Shown one piece after another: positions 27,570 to 36,086 of a stretch of DNA of 64,000 bases. This stretch comes from Candidatus Micrarchaeota archaeon (GTDB lineage Archaea; Micrarchaeota; Micrarchaeia; Anstonellales; Bilamarchaeaceae). The notes under the pieces were generated by a model. That model saw nothing but the letters and a program-made list of their open reading frames with translations. It was not told where the DNA came from and ran no database searches. Each line of letters opens with the position of its first letter. Position 1 is the stretch's first letter. The DNA lies in contig JAGMCT010000023.1 of assembly GCA_023129075.1 (NCBI GenBank), positions 811 to 64,810 on the forward strand, in the 5' to 3' direction. Position numbers and translations under genes: made by a program.

Positions 27570-28493
27570 TTATTTTGCAGCTATTTTTTCCGTTTCATCA
27601 GAACTTTCTACCATTTTTTTAATTTCATCAACAGGTTTATCAGCATTTAACTCTATAAGCATATTCATAACAAACAATTTCATTTCCCTTGCTTTGGTAA
27701 TTTTCAGGAAAGATATCAGGTCATCTATATCAGAACTGTCTTTAATTCTATTCAATGTTTTGAGGGCAAGAAACCTTATTTCATACATCTCATCCTTGTT
27801 TGAGATTATCTTCTTTAATCCTACTGCAGAATCCCTTTCTGCTATAGTATGAAGTGCCTCCATGGCTGCTTTTACTACACTGTGCCTCACGAGTTTGGAG
27901 GGGTCATTATCCCTTATCAAAAGTACTTTTGGAACTATATGAATATCATAGGAAAAAGCAGACATACATATAGCTACTGCAGGTTTTCCAATTAACTTAA
28001 GGGATTTTATTATTGCTTCTCTTTCAGAGCTATTTCCTCTATATCTTTTTAAAAGCATTAAAAGGGCGTTTGCTCCCTCTTCTTTGTATTCCTTCAATAA
28101 TTCAATGGCCATCAATCTTTTCTCTTCTTCTGGTGCTTCTCTTCCTAACCTTTCAAGTTCAGGAACGGCCTGGAGAGTTTCTAAAAGAATCTCTTTAACC
28201 GAGGTTCTCACCCCTATATCCTTATGGCATATATGATGGGATACTAATTTGATTATATTCATAACAACTTCCTGTTTTTTCTCACTTGGTAGATTGGTTT
28301 TTAGATATAAGTTGGTTGCTTCTCTTTTTTCCTTTTCCTGACTTAAAAGATATCTTACAATGGTCTCTGGAGGAGCGAGATAAAGAGGGTTGTTCATGAA
28401 TGGAACTACGGGTCTTTTTTCGAATAATGTATTATGAAATGGATTTCGTTTCTTTTGGGGAGGTTTTTTTCTCCTTACTGTTTTTTCTGTCAT
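27570..28493 (-). CDS. HEAT/PBS-lyase-like repeat protein
   Basis: 307 aa of alpha-helical repeats (…VR.SVVKAAMEALHTIAERD…, IRFLALKTLNRI); unknown function. Confidence 0.45.
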   Translation of the reverse strand: MTEKTVRRKKPPQKKRNPFHNTLFEKRPVVPFMNNPLYLAPPETIVRYLLSQEKEKREATNLYLKTNLPSEKKQEVVMNIIKLVSHHICHKDIGVRTSVKEILLETLQAVPELERLGREAPEEEKRLMAIELLKEYKEEGANALLMLLKRYRGNSSEREAIIKSLKLIGKPAVAICMSAFSYDIHIVPKVLLIRDNDPSKLVRHSVVKAAMEALHTIAERDSAVGLKKIISNKDEMYEIRFLALKTLNRIKDSSDIDDLISFLKITKAREMKLFVMNMLIELNADKPVDEIKKMVESSDETEKIAAK

Positions 28494-28553
28494 TGTTATT
28501 ATTTATGTAAGCAAAGGTATTTATACCCATCCATTAACAAAATCAGTAACTTA

Positions 28554-28626
28554 TGAGCCCGGGAGGATTTGAACCCCCGATTCCCACCGTGTGAGGGTGG
28601 TGTCTTAACCGCTCGACTACGGGCTC
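28554..28626 (-). tRNA. tRNA-Val (anticodon CAC)
   Basis: Reverse complement GAGCCCGTAGTCGAGCGGTTAAGACACCACCCTCACACGGTGGGAATCGGGGGTTCAAATCCTCCCGGGCTC folds as a cloverleaf with anticodon loop CTCACAC. Confidence 0.85.
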
Positions 28627-28651
28627 TTTTTTATTTTTCTAAAAGTTTATA

Positions 28652-28724
28652 TAGCCCTGACCGGATTCGAACCGGTGTCAACGGATCCAGAGTCCATTAT
28701 CCTTGACCACTAGACTACAGGGCT
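28652..28724 (-). tRNA. tRNA-Gln (anticodon CTG)
   Basis: Reverse complement AGCCCTGTAGTCTAGTGGTCAAGGATAATGGACTCTGGATCCGTTGACACCGGTTCGAATCCGGTCAGGGCT with anticodon loop CTCTGGA. Its 5' end overlaps the stop codon of the HAD gene. Confidence 0.85.
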
Positions 28725-29281
28725 TTTTGGATGAAGTTCTTGTTTAATTCACCCGGTTTTATTTTAAATGTTTTTATGTTTGCATTCTTTCCTGCAAGCT
28801 CATCCCAGAATCCATCTCCCAAGAATATAGTGCTTTTTCTGGTTTCTCCTGCTTTTTGCATCAGGAGGTAAAGCATTTCAGGGTTTGGTTTGGGTCTTTG
28901 GACTGAATCCCTTCCTGCTATGAAATCAATTTTAATATTTTCCTTTTCAACGAATTCCCTTGCTGTTTGTTCGTTGTTGTTTGTTGCTATGGCTGTTTTA
29001 TGTCCTTTTTCTCTAAGGTATTCAAGCATCTCTTTTATTCCATTGTAAAGCTTGTAATTGCCTGAGTCCAGAGCGTTTTTTTCATGTCTTCCGAATATTC
29101 GGTTTATTTCTAATCTTGCTTCTTTGTCTTTCTCGGAGATTTCATTTGTAATTGTAACGAGGTGGGCCTTTGGGTCGCTGACTAAATGGCTGAATTTTTT
29201 CATTACCTCATTTTGCACTGCACCATACCAGTCTACTCCTAATTCAACCAGAGTGTGGTCTAAATCGAATATTAAAAGCAT
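28715..29281 (-). CDS. HAD-superfamily hydrolase (phosphatase)
   Basis: Start reassigned to MLLIFDLDHTLV (HAD motif I DxDxT); the 40-aa upstream extension in the ORF track overlaps the tRNA-Cys gene. The stop TAG lies inside the tRNA-Gln acceptor stem. Confidence 0.65.
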   Translation of the reverse strand: MLLIFDLDHTLVELGVDWYGAVQNEVMKKFSHLVSDPKAHLVTITNEISEKDKEARLEINRIFGRHEKNALDSGNYKLYNGIKEMLEYLREKGHKTAIATNNNEQTAREFVEKENIKIDFIAGRDSVQRPKPNPEMLYLLMQKAGETRKSTIFLGDGFWDELAGKNANIKTFKIKPGELNKNFIQKAL

Positions 29282-29282
29282 A

Positions 29283-29370
29283 AGCCAGGAAAGGGAATCG
29301 AACCCCTCTATGCTGGTTTCTTTCTCACTGGAGCTTGCAGCCAACCACATAGCCAATCTGTCATCCTGGC
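29283..29370 (-). tRNA. tRNA-Cys (anticodon GCA) with putative ~17-nt intron at 37/38
   Basis: Minus-strand GCCAGGATGACAGATTGGCTATGTGGTTGGCTGCAA[GCTCCAGTGAGAAAGAA]ACCAGCATAGAGGGGTTCGATTCCCTTTCCTGGCT. Acceptor GCCAGGA/TCCTGGC; T-arm AGGGG-TTCGATT-CCCTT; anticodon stem GTTGG/CCAGC; loop CTGCAA… The intron boundaries were not verified as BHB. Confidence 0.55.
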
Positions 29371-29512
29371 GAAGTTTCTCTGAGCCGGGAGCTATCGCCA
29401 AAGGCGATTCAATCCTGGCGAAGCCAAGAGCTATAACGCGGAGCGTTATTCAATCCTGGCGAAGTTTCTCTGAGCCGGGAGCTATCACCGAGGGTGATTC
29501 AATCCTGGCATT
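29371..29512 (-). repeat. three tandem tRNA-5'-end-like repeats (41-49 nt) upstream of tRNA-Cys
   Basis: Each unit is GCCAGGATTGAAT-[hairpin]-AGCTCCCGGCTCAGAGAAACTTC. The hairpins (ATCACC…GGTGAT, ATAACGC…GCGTTAT, ATCGCC…GGCGAT) differ by compensatory changes. Confidence 0.7.
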
Positions 29513-29540
29513 CAGTAACAATTAACATAGTGCATAACTT

Positions 29541-29558
29541 TTTAAATTGTTATATGAG
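29541..29558 (+). promoter_or_regulatory. putative archaeal TATA/BRE promoter of the 5S rRNA gene
   Basis: tttaaattgttatatgag lies ~20-30 nt upstream of the 5S 5' end. Confidence 0.3.
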
Positions 29559-29568
29559 TTAAAGTATG

Positions 29569-29688
29569 CTTGTCAGCGGTCATAGGAGAGGGGAAACACC
29601 CGTTCCCTTCCCGAACACGGAAGTTAAGCCTTCTCACGGTTTTGCAAGTACTGCCCTAAGGGTGGGAACACGGACTGCTGCTGACATC
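29569..29688 (+). rRNA. 5S ribosomal RNA
   Basis: Contains the universal 5S block CCCGAACACGGAAGTTAAGCC; the terminal helix TGTCAGC…GCTGACA closes the molecule at ~120 nt; A/T-rich TATA-like sequence ~25 nt upstream. Confidence 0.85.
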
Positions 29689-29733
29689 TTATACTCATTC
29701 TTTTAATTCTTTCTCTTAGATTAAAGTCTGCAT

Positions 29734-29817
29734 GCAGGGGTAGCCAAGCGGTCAACGGCGCCAGGTTCAGGGCCTGGTCTCTTAGTGAGTTCGAGGGTTC
29801 GAATCCCTTCCCCTGCA
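29734..29817 (+). tRNA. tRNA-Leu (anticodon CAG), class II
   Basis: GCAGGGGTAGCCAAGCGGTCAACGGCGCCAGGTTCAGGGCCTGGTCTCTTAGTGAGTTCGAGGGTTCGAATCCCTTCCCCTGCA; long D-loop and long variable arm; anticodon loop TTCAGGG. Confidence 0.85.
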
Positions 29818-29986
29818 TTTGTAAACCTATATGACGGGTCAGATTTTTACTTCGTAAATGCTCAAATTTCTGTAGAAATTTGGCACACCGTTTTTCAAGA
29901 GAAAAACAATGAATACTCTCGAAATCTCAGATTACCCTGCGGGTAATTCTCTCGGAAACCTTTGGTTTCCAAGACTTCGGATTTTA

Positions 29987-30004
29987 AGATCCCTTCCCCT
30001 GCAC
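29987..30004 (+). repeat. 15-nt direct repeat of the tRNA-Leu(CAG) 3' end (att-like remnant)
   Basis: atcccttcccctgca at 29990-30004 is identical to tRNA positions 29803-29817; preceded by a T-loop-like ttcggattttaagatccc. Confidence 0.5.
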
Positions 30005-30061
30005 TTTCTTTCAAGTTAAATAGGAAAAAGGTTTAAAAAAATACATGGCGAAATCAAAAAC

Positions 30062-30325
30062 ATGTGGCTCGGAATTGCAGGACTGGTGCTGATAATAATC
30101 GGCTGGGTTATTCAACTTCTTTCTATAAAGGAGAAAGACAGGGAAATTAAACTTCCATTTATAATGATATATTCGGCGGGGGTGCTTTTGCTGGTGGTTG
30201 ACAACTATCTGAGCGGGCTTATGGAACTTGCGCTTCTGAATTTCGTGTGCATGCTCACTGCAGCTCTTGTACTTGTGAGAGTAATTACTGTTGGAAAGAA
30301 AGGGGCGAAAAAGAGAAAGGGTTGA
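30062..30325 (+). CDS. small membrane protein (3 predicted TM helices)
   Basis: 87 aa, hydrophobic helices, basic C-terminus. Confidence 0.4.
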   Translation: MWLGIAGLVLIIIGWVIQLLSIKEKDREIKLPFIMIYSAGVLLLVVDNYLSGLMELALLNFVCMLTAALVLVRVITVGKKGAKKRKG

Positions 30326-30399
30326 GACTAAACTTCTGCGAATGAAAATCCTGTTCAGCTATTATAGAGAGAGTATCTAGGTTGAATTTGAGTAAAATA

Positions 30400-32055
30400 T
30401 TATAAGCGCACCCTATTAATTCCTCTTGAGGATAGCATTTCCGTTCTCAGATGCTCCCCGCGTTTCCACTGCTTTGGCATCTTGTCTCTCACATTCTCCG
30501 GCAGGGCCATTTCTCCGCGTTTTTGTATTTCATAATAGGGAACACCAAATACCTTACTAGCCGGATTGAGATTAAGGGCTTTTACATATATTTCAAATAC
30601 GTTTCGGTGTGTCATTCCTTCTGGAGCATAGCTCGGAGTGTTGAAGTTCGCTATCTCTGGGTGCTTCGTTATATCAACAACCATCCTTCCGCTGTCTAGA
30701 GCACTCTCACCGAATTTTGTCCCTGCAAGAGGTATGAACGAGAATACTGTCATAGCAACCTTCAACATACTGCCTGTGAATACATCCAGAAACGTTTCCA
30801 CATTCTTCATGAATGCTGTTCTCAGTGCTTTATTTGTATGTCCTGGGACACCGACGATTGCTCCCATAGTTACATACTTCAGTGCAGAAGGTGCCTCTCT
30901 TGCTATTTTCTCCATTAATTGCAATTGCGACTCCATGTCTTCAAGTTTTTCGTAAACCTTGCTCTTTGTAAGGTCTTCAAGAGGAGCGTAGAGGCTGACG
31001 CAGTTACTGAGTATTGGGTCCCTGAGCTCATCCCAATACCTATTGAGAAGACTAAGCTGTAATCCATTTCCATATTCTATACTAAATCCGTAGCTGTTGA
31101 TAAGGCCCATAATGGCTTTGACTTTTTTCAGACCAAGCGCAAGAAGGTTGTCATCTGCAATCATGAGGTGCGTTACTCCCATGCTCTTATACATGTCAAG
31201 CTCCTCTCTAATAGTCCCCAGGTCTTTATGAATCAGATATCTTTCCCTTACTCCAGTTGTGCAGTAGCCGCAACTATGCGGGCAACCGGTGCTTATTGTC
31301 ATATGAGCAAATCGATCAAAATACGGGAAGGGCTGGCCTTCCCCAGAACCGTTGAAGTAGCTAAGAACTTCTGGCCTTGGATAAAATGGCAGAGGTATTT
31401 TTATCTCATGTTTTTTATTTGCATAAGCAAGTAAAGGCTCGGGGGGCTTTGTAGTCATTTTTCCTGAGGCATCATGAATCTTTACACCGAACGGCTCGCC
31501 CTCCCCCTTAATTTTCCAAGTGAGATATGCAGGCAAGGAGGCGAATACGTGGCCGTTAAATATCACTGTATTTCTGTTTCCAGCTGCCTTGGCATAAATA
31601 CTCTCAACCTTTTCTGTAAAAACATCCCTTCCTCCAATCCAGATTTCTTTTTCCGGGAAAAGTTTTCTTACCTTCCTTATGTTTCTTGTAACAACTCCTC
31701 TTGACATGGTGAAGTTGTTCGTGAACCCTATAAAATCAGCATCTTCCAAGATGCCTTTTATTGACTCAGTGGATACAGCATTATATGTCTTCATAATTGG
31801 TTTGTCTACATATGGCAGCTTCAATTTCCCGTACTGAACGGTTTCAACCTTGCCATTGTGCGGATCCCTAAGATCCAATTGCACAACTTCTGTTTGGATA
31901 TTCCGACGTTCTGAAAAATCGCGCAGTATCCCTTCCAACTGCGGAAGCGTTGGCTCTGGGCAGTCGCCCCTATCCGAAGAATAGAGCTCGCCATCTGCTG
32001 TTTCCAAAAGCGGTTGTGGGGTTCTTATCAGGACAATCTTTATTTTTTCAGTCAT
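30400..32055 (-). CDS. B12-binding-domain / radical SAM domain protein
   Basis: CxxxCxxC motif TGCPHSCGYCT at ~aa 250 after an N-terminal Rossmann-like domain typical of class B rSAM enzymes. GC content is visibly higher than neighbours. Confidence 0.6.
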   Translation of the reverse strand: MTEKIKIVLIRTPQPLLETADGELYSSDRGDCPEPTLPQLEGILRDFSERRNIQTEVVQLDLRDPHNGKVETVQYGKLKLPYVDKPIMKTYNAVSTESIKGILEDADFIGFTNNFTMSRGVVTRNIRKVRKLFPEKEIWIGGRDVFTEKVESIYAKAAGNRNTVIFNGHVFASLPAYLTWKIKGEGEPFGVKIHDASGKMTTKPPEPLLAYANKKHEIKIPLPFYPRPEVLSYFNGSGEGQPFPYFDRFAHMTISTGCPHSCGYCTTGVRERYLIHKDLGTIREELDMYKSMGVTHLMIADDNLLALGLKKVKAIMGLINSYGFSIEYGNGLQLSLLNRYWDELRDPILSNCVSLYAPLEDLTKSKVYEKLEDMESQLQLMEKIAREAPSALKYVTMGAIVGVPGHTNKALRTAFMKNVETFLDVFTGSMLKVAMTVFSFIPLAGTKFGESALDSGRMVVDITKHPEIANFNTPSYAPEGMTHRNVFEIYVKALNLNPASKVFGVPYYEIQKRGEMALPENVRDKMPKQWKRGEHLRTEMLSSRGINRVRL

Positions 32056-32174
32056 GTTTTTTCACCTTCCGTGTTTCTATGTGTTATTTAGTGTTCTTTC
32101 TTATATTTTATACTTACTACAGAATTTTCCTAAAAAAACAAATATTTATAAATTAAATTTGTTATAATTGAAAA

Positions 32175-33128
32175 ATGGAAGAAATAGATACCAAGGACAG
32201 AATGATACTCCATGCATTGGATTTTCATGCAAGGGAGCCGGTCACAAGGCTTGCAAAAAGACTAAGAATGAGCAAAGACGTGCTGAACTATAGGATTAAA
32301 CGCCTTGAAGAGAAGGGAATAATAGAAGGTTACCATGTAGTTCCGGATCCGACCAAGATGGGAAATGTAACCTACAAACTGCTTGTGAAGTATCAGAGCA
32401 TGACTAAAGAAGTAGAGGAGGAGATGCTGGAATATCTTATAAAATCTAAGGAAACCGGCTGGGTGGCAAAAACTGAGGGAGCATATGACCTTCTTATAAT
32501 TTTTTGGCTGCCAAACGAGGTGGTTTTCGATGAATTTTTGACAAAGTTTCTGGAGAGATACGGAAGGTATTTTTATCTCCGTGACATGATAGTAATCACA
32601 GCGATTCATACATTTAGAAGGGATTATCTCTCGCCAAAAACACCTGAGAAACGTGAGGAGGTGTTCTATAGGGGAAGCGCAAAGAATATCTGCGATGAGA
32701 TTGATTTCAGGATACTTGACATCCTTCAGAGGAAGAATGCAAGAGCAAGCAATATAAAGATTGGAAAGGCGGTTGGATTAACTCCGGAAGCAGTCAGGTA
32801 CAGGATAAAGGAATTAAGGAAAAGGGGGGTAATCTGCACGTTCAGGCCAAAAATCGCACTTGAGAAAATAGGCTATTATTACTATAATGTTATGTTCAGC
32901 CTGAAGGATATGGGGGTACTCAAGAAGATATATTCATATGCACTCGGTAACCAAAATATAACCTTTTATGTAAGATACCTGGGCAAATATGATTTGGGCC
33001 TGGACATAGAAACCGAAAGCCCGGAAAGGCTCAGGGAAATACTTGAGGAGGTTCGTGCTCTTTTTGGGAAGGCAATTGTTAATTATGATGTGGTCCGCAT
33101 CTACGAAGAACTGAAAGTTACTTATTGA
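32175..33128 (+). CDS. Lrp/AsnC-family transcriptional regulator, tandem-duplicated (two HTH_AsnC + RAM-like units)
   Basis: Two copies of the AsnC HTH (DTKDRMILHALDFHAREPVTRLAKRLRMSKDVLNYRIKRLEEKGII and DEIDFRILDILQRKNARASNIKIGKAVGLTPEAVRYRIKELRKRGVI). Confidence 0.65.
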   Translation: MEEIDTKDRMILHALDFHAREPVTRLAKRLRMSKDVLNYRIKRLEEKGIIEGYHVVPDPTKMGNVTYKLLVKYQSMTKEVEEEMLEYLIKSKETGWVAKTEGAYDLLIIFWLPNEVVFDEFLTKFLERYGRYFYLRDMIVITAIHTFRRDYLSPKTPEKREEVFYRGSAKNICDEIDFRILDILQRKNARASNIKIGKAVGLTPEAVRYRIKELRKRGVICTFRPKIALEKIGYYYYNVMFSLKDMGVLKKIYSYALGNQNITFYVRYLGKYDLGLDIETESPERLREILEEVRALFGKAIVNYDVVRIYEELKVTY

Positions 33129-33199
33129 TACGGTGGAGTACAGGAGAAGAAAGACAGAGTGGTGGGTTCCATTTTATATATCTTTTTTCAGTATTCAGG

Positions 33200-33616
33200 T
33201 TGATGAGAAGGAAAACGGCAACCGGAACCCCGATGGTTAAGGCGCTTGCCTGCGGAATGCTTGAAGATAATGACAGGGTGCTTTTCCTCAAGAAGATTGA
33301 GCATGGGATTGAACGGCTGGAATTGCCCTGCGTGCTTGTACCTTCAGGAAAGGACCCGGTTTCATTGCTTGTTTCGGCATTTAAGGAGCAGACTGGCATA
33401 GACGCCGAACTTTGCGATTTGCTTTTTGAGAGGAGGCACAATGCAGGCACGCGAAGGAGGAAGAATTGGGTGCCCTGCCTTGTTTTCGGTTTCAGGGCAA
33501 AGAAAATGAGTGCAAAACCTTCTTCCGGGTTTTCCGGCTTCAAATGGATTTCCCTTGAGAACGCCAGGAAACAGAAACTTGGGAGAAATACCAAATGGCT
33601 TTATGTAAGAGGTTAG
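33200..33616 (+). CDS. hypothetical protein, possibly a degenerate NUDIX-fold protein
   Basis: SGKDPVSLLVSAFKEQTGIDAE only partly matches the Nudix box (the GX5E part is missing); the opposite-strand ORF is low-complexity. Confidence 0.3.
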   Translation: MMRRKTATGTPMVKALACGMLEDNDRVLFLKKIEHGIERLELPCVLVPSGKDPVSLLVSAFKEQTGIDAELCDLLFERRHNAGTRRRKNWVPCLVFGFRAKKMSAKPSSGFSGFKWISLENARKQKLGRNTKWLYVRG

Positions 33617-33633
33617 CAATTTAATATTGGGAT

Positions 33634-33649
33634 TGTAACTATAGTTACA
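33634..33649. repeat. 16-bp perfect palindrome TGTAACTATAGTTACA (copy A1)
   Basis: Perfect inverted repeat; extended direct-repeat partner at 37390 shares tgtaactatagttacaaatc(a/c)(t/c)aaagaaatcattt. Confidence 0.8.
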
Positions 33650-33748
33650 AATCATAAAGAAATCATTTCCACTTGGATAAAACTAATGTGGAGTTAACTG
33701 AAAGTTAACAAACGTAACCTTTAAAAAGTTAACAGATGTAAACCAATT

Positions 33749-34384
33749 ATGAAGATTTCGAAGGAACCCATAGCCAAACAGGTATTTGGATCCCCACTCA
33801 AAAGAAAACTACTGGAATTTTTATTTTCCAATCAAATGCCGGTGAGTGAACGCGAACTCGCTAGGATAATAGGGGTAAGCCACGTCGCGGTAAACAAGGC
33901 GATGAAACAGCTTCTTGATTTGAACATAGTCAAAGCGAATACGGTCGGAACTGCAATGGTATGGGAACTCAATGAAGATTCTTTCGCTTATCCATATGTT
34001 AAGGCATTCATTGAAGCAGGGAAGATAAGTCCTCTTGAATACGTGAAACGAGTACTACAGGAGGATATAAATACAATAAACAAAGCAACTGTTGTTTATA
34101 AACTTGAAAAAAAGGCGAAGAAACCCATCATAAGGGATGCATATTTGTTTGGTTCTGTTGCAGAACAAACCGGAACACCGGAAAGCGATATAGATGTTCT
34201 CATAGTACTTGATTTTGATTATGAAAATAAGCTATTAAAGAAATTACTAAACGAAACTATTGGAATGAAGATATTGGAAAAAACAGGCAATATGGTTTCA
34301 TTTCATATCTACAGTGCCAAATCTATTAAAAAAAATGATCCGCAATGGTTAGTAGGTGCTATAACCAATGGCATAAAGGTGTAA
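33749..34384 (+). CDS. HTH-fused minimal nucleotidyltransferase (MNT, antitoxin-like)
   Basis: N-terminal wHTH (ERELARIIGVSHVAVNKAMKQLLDLNIV) plus NTase core LFGSVAEQTGTPESDIDVLIV (GS…DxD). Confidence 0.6.
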   Translation: MKISKEPIAKQVFGSPLKRKLLEFLFSNQMPVSERELARIIGVSHVAVNKAMKQLLDLNIVKANTVGTAMVWELNEDSFAYPYVKAFIEAGKISPLEYVKRVLQEDINTINKATVVYKLEKKAKKPIIRDAYLFGSVAEQTGTPESDIDVLIVLDFDYENKLLKKLLNETIGMKILEKTGNMVSFHIYSAKSIKKNDPQWLVGAITNGIKV

Positions 34385-34386
34385 AC

Positions 34387-34809
34387 ATGACGAGAACCAA
34401 AAACGTATCCAGGGAAAAATATGTTGGATTTATGGAAAAAGCAGAAGCGTATTATGACTCAATGCTTGATGAGTTTGAAGAAGCGGCACAAAATCCCGCA
34501 AGATATAATAGTTGCATAACCATGGCAGTACACTGTGCAATCTCTTGGGTTGATGCTCTTACCGTATCTAAACTTGGAAAAAAATCCTCGGATTCTCATC
34601 ACGCCGCTGCCAGCATCCTATTAAAGGACATAAAGGCTTCGGACGAAGAGAAAAAGTCCAGGGTTCGCAGACATTTCTACAATTTGATGGAGATGAAAAC
34701 ACCCTGCGAGTATGAAGATAAACTACCCAGCAAGGCAAACGCTAAGCAAGCAGTGCGCTTGTGTGAAAAAATAAGGGATTTTGTTAAAAAAGAACTGGAA
34801 GGCATGTAA
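34387..34809 (+). CDS. putative HEPN-domain protein (toxin-like partner of the MNT)
   Basis: ~140-aa all-alpha protein immediately downstream of the MNT (start MTRTK two nt after its stop); R-x-R-R-H block (SRVRRHFYN) at the C-terminal helix. Confidence 0.4.
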   Translation: MTRTKNVSREKYVGFMEKAEAYYDSMLDEFEEAAQNPARYNSCITMAVHCAISWVDALTVSKLGKKSSDSHHAAASILLKDIKASDEEKKSRVRRHFYNLMEMKTPCEYEDKLPSKANAKQAVRLCEKIRDFVKKELEGM

Positions 34810-34863
34810 ACCTGCTCTTAATCAAACCTTTCCATTACTGGATTTTTTCCATCATCTGACAAA

Positions 34864-34879
34864 TGTAACTATAGTTACA
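34864..34879. repeat. palindrome TGTAACTATAGTTACA (copy B1)
   Basis: Extended ~50-nt direct repeat with the copy at 36043 (aactatagttacaaaccaagga[a/g]acaagaataacaaaccgc). Confidence 0.8.
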
Positions 34880-34931
34880 AACCAAGGAAACAAGAATAAC
34901 AAACCGCCCATCATTACAGATGCTTACGGAC

Positions 34932-35948
34932 CTAATCTTCTTTTCCACAATATTTTTCTACTTCTTTTGTTCTTTTCATTTTATCTTTTTCACCTAAAAA
35001 TGATGCTTCAAATGAATTTTTCCCAAGGGTGCCTATTTCTTCCTTTGTTAAACTCAGTGCTTTTTGTATTGCAAGATAGTTTTCGTTTACATAACCTCCA
35101 AAATATGCCGGGTCATCTGAATTTACTGTTACTAAAAGACCCTTTGCCATCATTTTTTTAATGGGATGTAAGTTGATTTTTTTGACGACTTTTAATTTTA
35201 CATTAGATAGAGGACATATTGTTAATGGGATTCTTCTTTGCACTAATTCTTTTATTAATTTTTTATCTTCCATGCAACGATTTCCATGATCAATCCTTGA
35301 AACCTTCAGAAGCTCTAATGCTTCCCATATGTACTGAGGGGGACCTTCTTCCCCAGCATGTGCAGTTGTATAAAACCCCTCTTTAATTGCTTTTTCAAAA
35401 ACCCTCTTGAATTTTGAAGGGGGGTTTCCCATCTCTGATGAATCCAATCCAACGGCAGTTATCCATTTTTTATAAGGAAGTGCCTCTTCAAGTGTTTTAA
35501 ATGCATCCTCTTCACTTAAGTGTCTTAAGAAACACATGATGATCTTACTTGTAATTCCCATGTCTCTTTTTGCAGTTACAAGTGCTTTTTTTATACCGTT
35601 AATTACAATTTCGAATTCGATTCCTCTTAAAGTGTGTGTTTGCGGATCAAAAAAAATTTCAGTATGTTTTATGTTCTGTTTCTTTGCTTTCTTGAGATAA
35701 TCAAGCGTCAATTCATAAAAATCTTTTTCTTCCTTCAATACCTTTGCACCCTGATAATAGATATCTAAAAATTCCTGTAAATTGTTGAAATTATATGCTT
35801 GCTTTAAACTTTTTACGCATTTGTACGGTATTTCTACATCATTTCTTTTTGCCATTTTAAACATGAGTTCTGGTTCCAAAGTACCTTCTATATGCAAATG
35901 GAGCTCAGCCTTCGGCATTTTTTTTATAAAATCCTTAATCTTTCCCAT
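34932..35948 (-). CDS. add: adenosine deaminase family protein
   Basis: [17 protein letters not shown] and SDDPAYFG motifs of the ADA/AMP-deaminase metal-dependent hydrolase family. Confidence 0.75.
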   Translation of the reverse strand: MGKIKDFIKKMPKAELHLHIEGTLEPELMFKMAKRNDVEIPYKCVKSLKQAYNFNNLQEFLDIYYQGAKVLKEEKDFYELTLDYLKKAKKQNIKHTEIFFDPQTHTLRGIEFEIVINGIKKALVTAKRDMGITSKIIMCFLRHLSEEDAFKTLEEALPYKKWITAVGLDSSEMGNPPSKFKRVFEKAIKEGFYTTAHAGEEGPPQYIWEALELLKVSRIDHGNRCMEDKKLIKELVQRRIPLTICPLSNVKLKVVKKINLHPIKKMMAKGLLVTVNSDDPAYFGGYVNENYLAIQKALSLTKEEIGTLGKNSFEASFLGEKDKMKRTKEVEKYCGKED

Positions 35949-36042
35949 ATAAAGTTTATACTGCAGATATTTTTATTTCTTTCTAATCGCAGGATTTATG
36001 CTTCGGATATAAAATATGTAGGACCAAATATCCTCGGACAAA

Positions 36043-36058
36043 TGCAACTATAGTTACA
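36043..36058. repeat. palindrome-derived repeat TGCAACTATAGTTACA (copy B2)
   Basis: One mismatch to the perfect palindrome; extended identity with copy B1; sits ~90 bp upstream of the add start. Confidence 0.75.
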
Positions 36059-36086
36059 AACCAAGGAGACAAGAATAACAAACCGC

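Noticed and set aside
29363-29515. Tandem ~45-nt repeats with variable centres, superficially like a mini-CRISPR array
   Set aside because: The variable parts are short palindromic hairpins with compensatory changes, not unique spacers; the period is irregular (41-49 nt); the conserved part equals the tRNA-Cys 5' end; there are no cas genes.
29058-29525. 155-aa plus-strand ORF and the N-terminal 40 codons of the 228-aa minus-strand ORF (28715-29401)
   Set aside because: Both run through the tRNA-Cys gene and its repeat array; the HAD protein has a conserved start at MLLIFDLDHTLV (29281).
29624-29818. 64-aa minus-strand ORF
   Set aside because: Overlaps the 5S rRNA and tRNA-Leu(CAG) genes.
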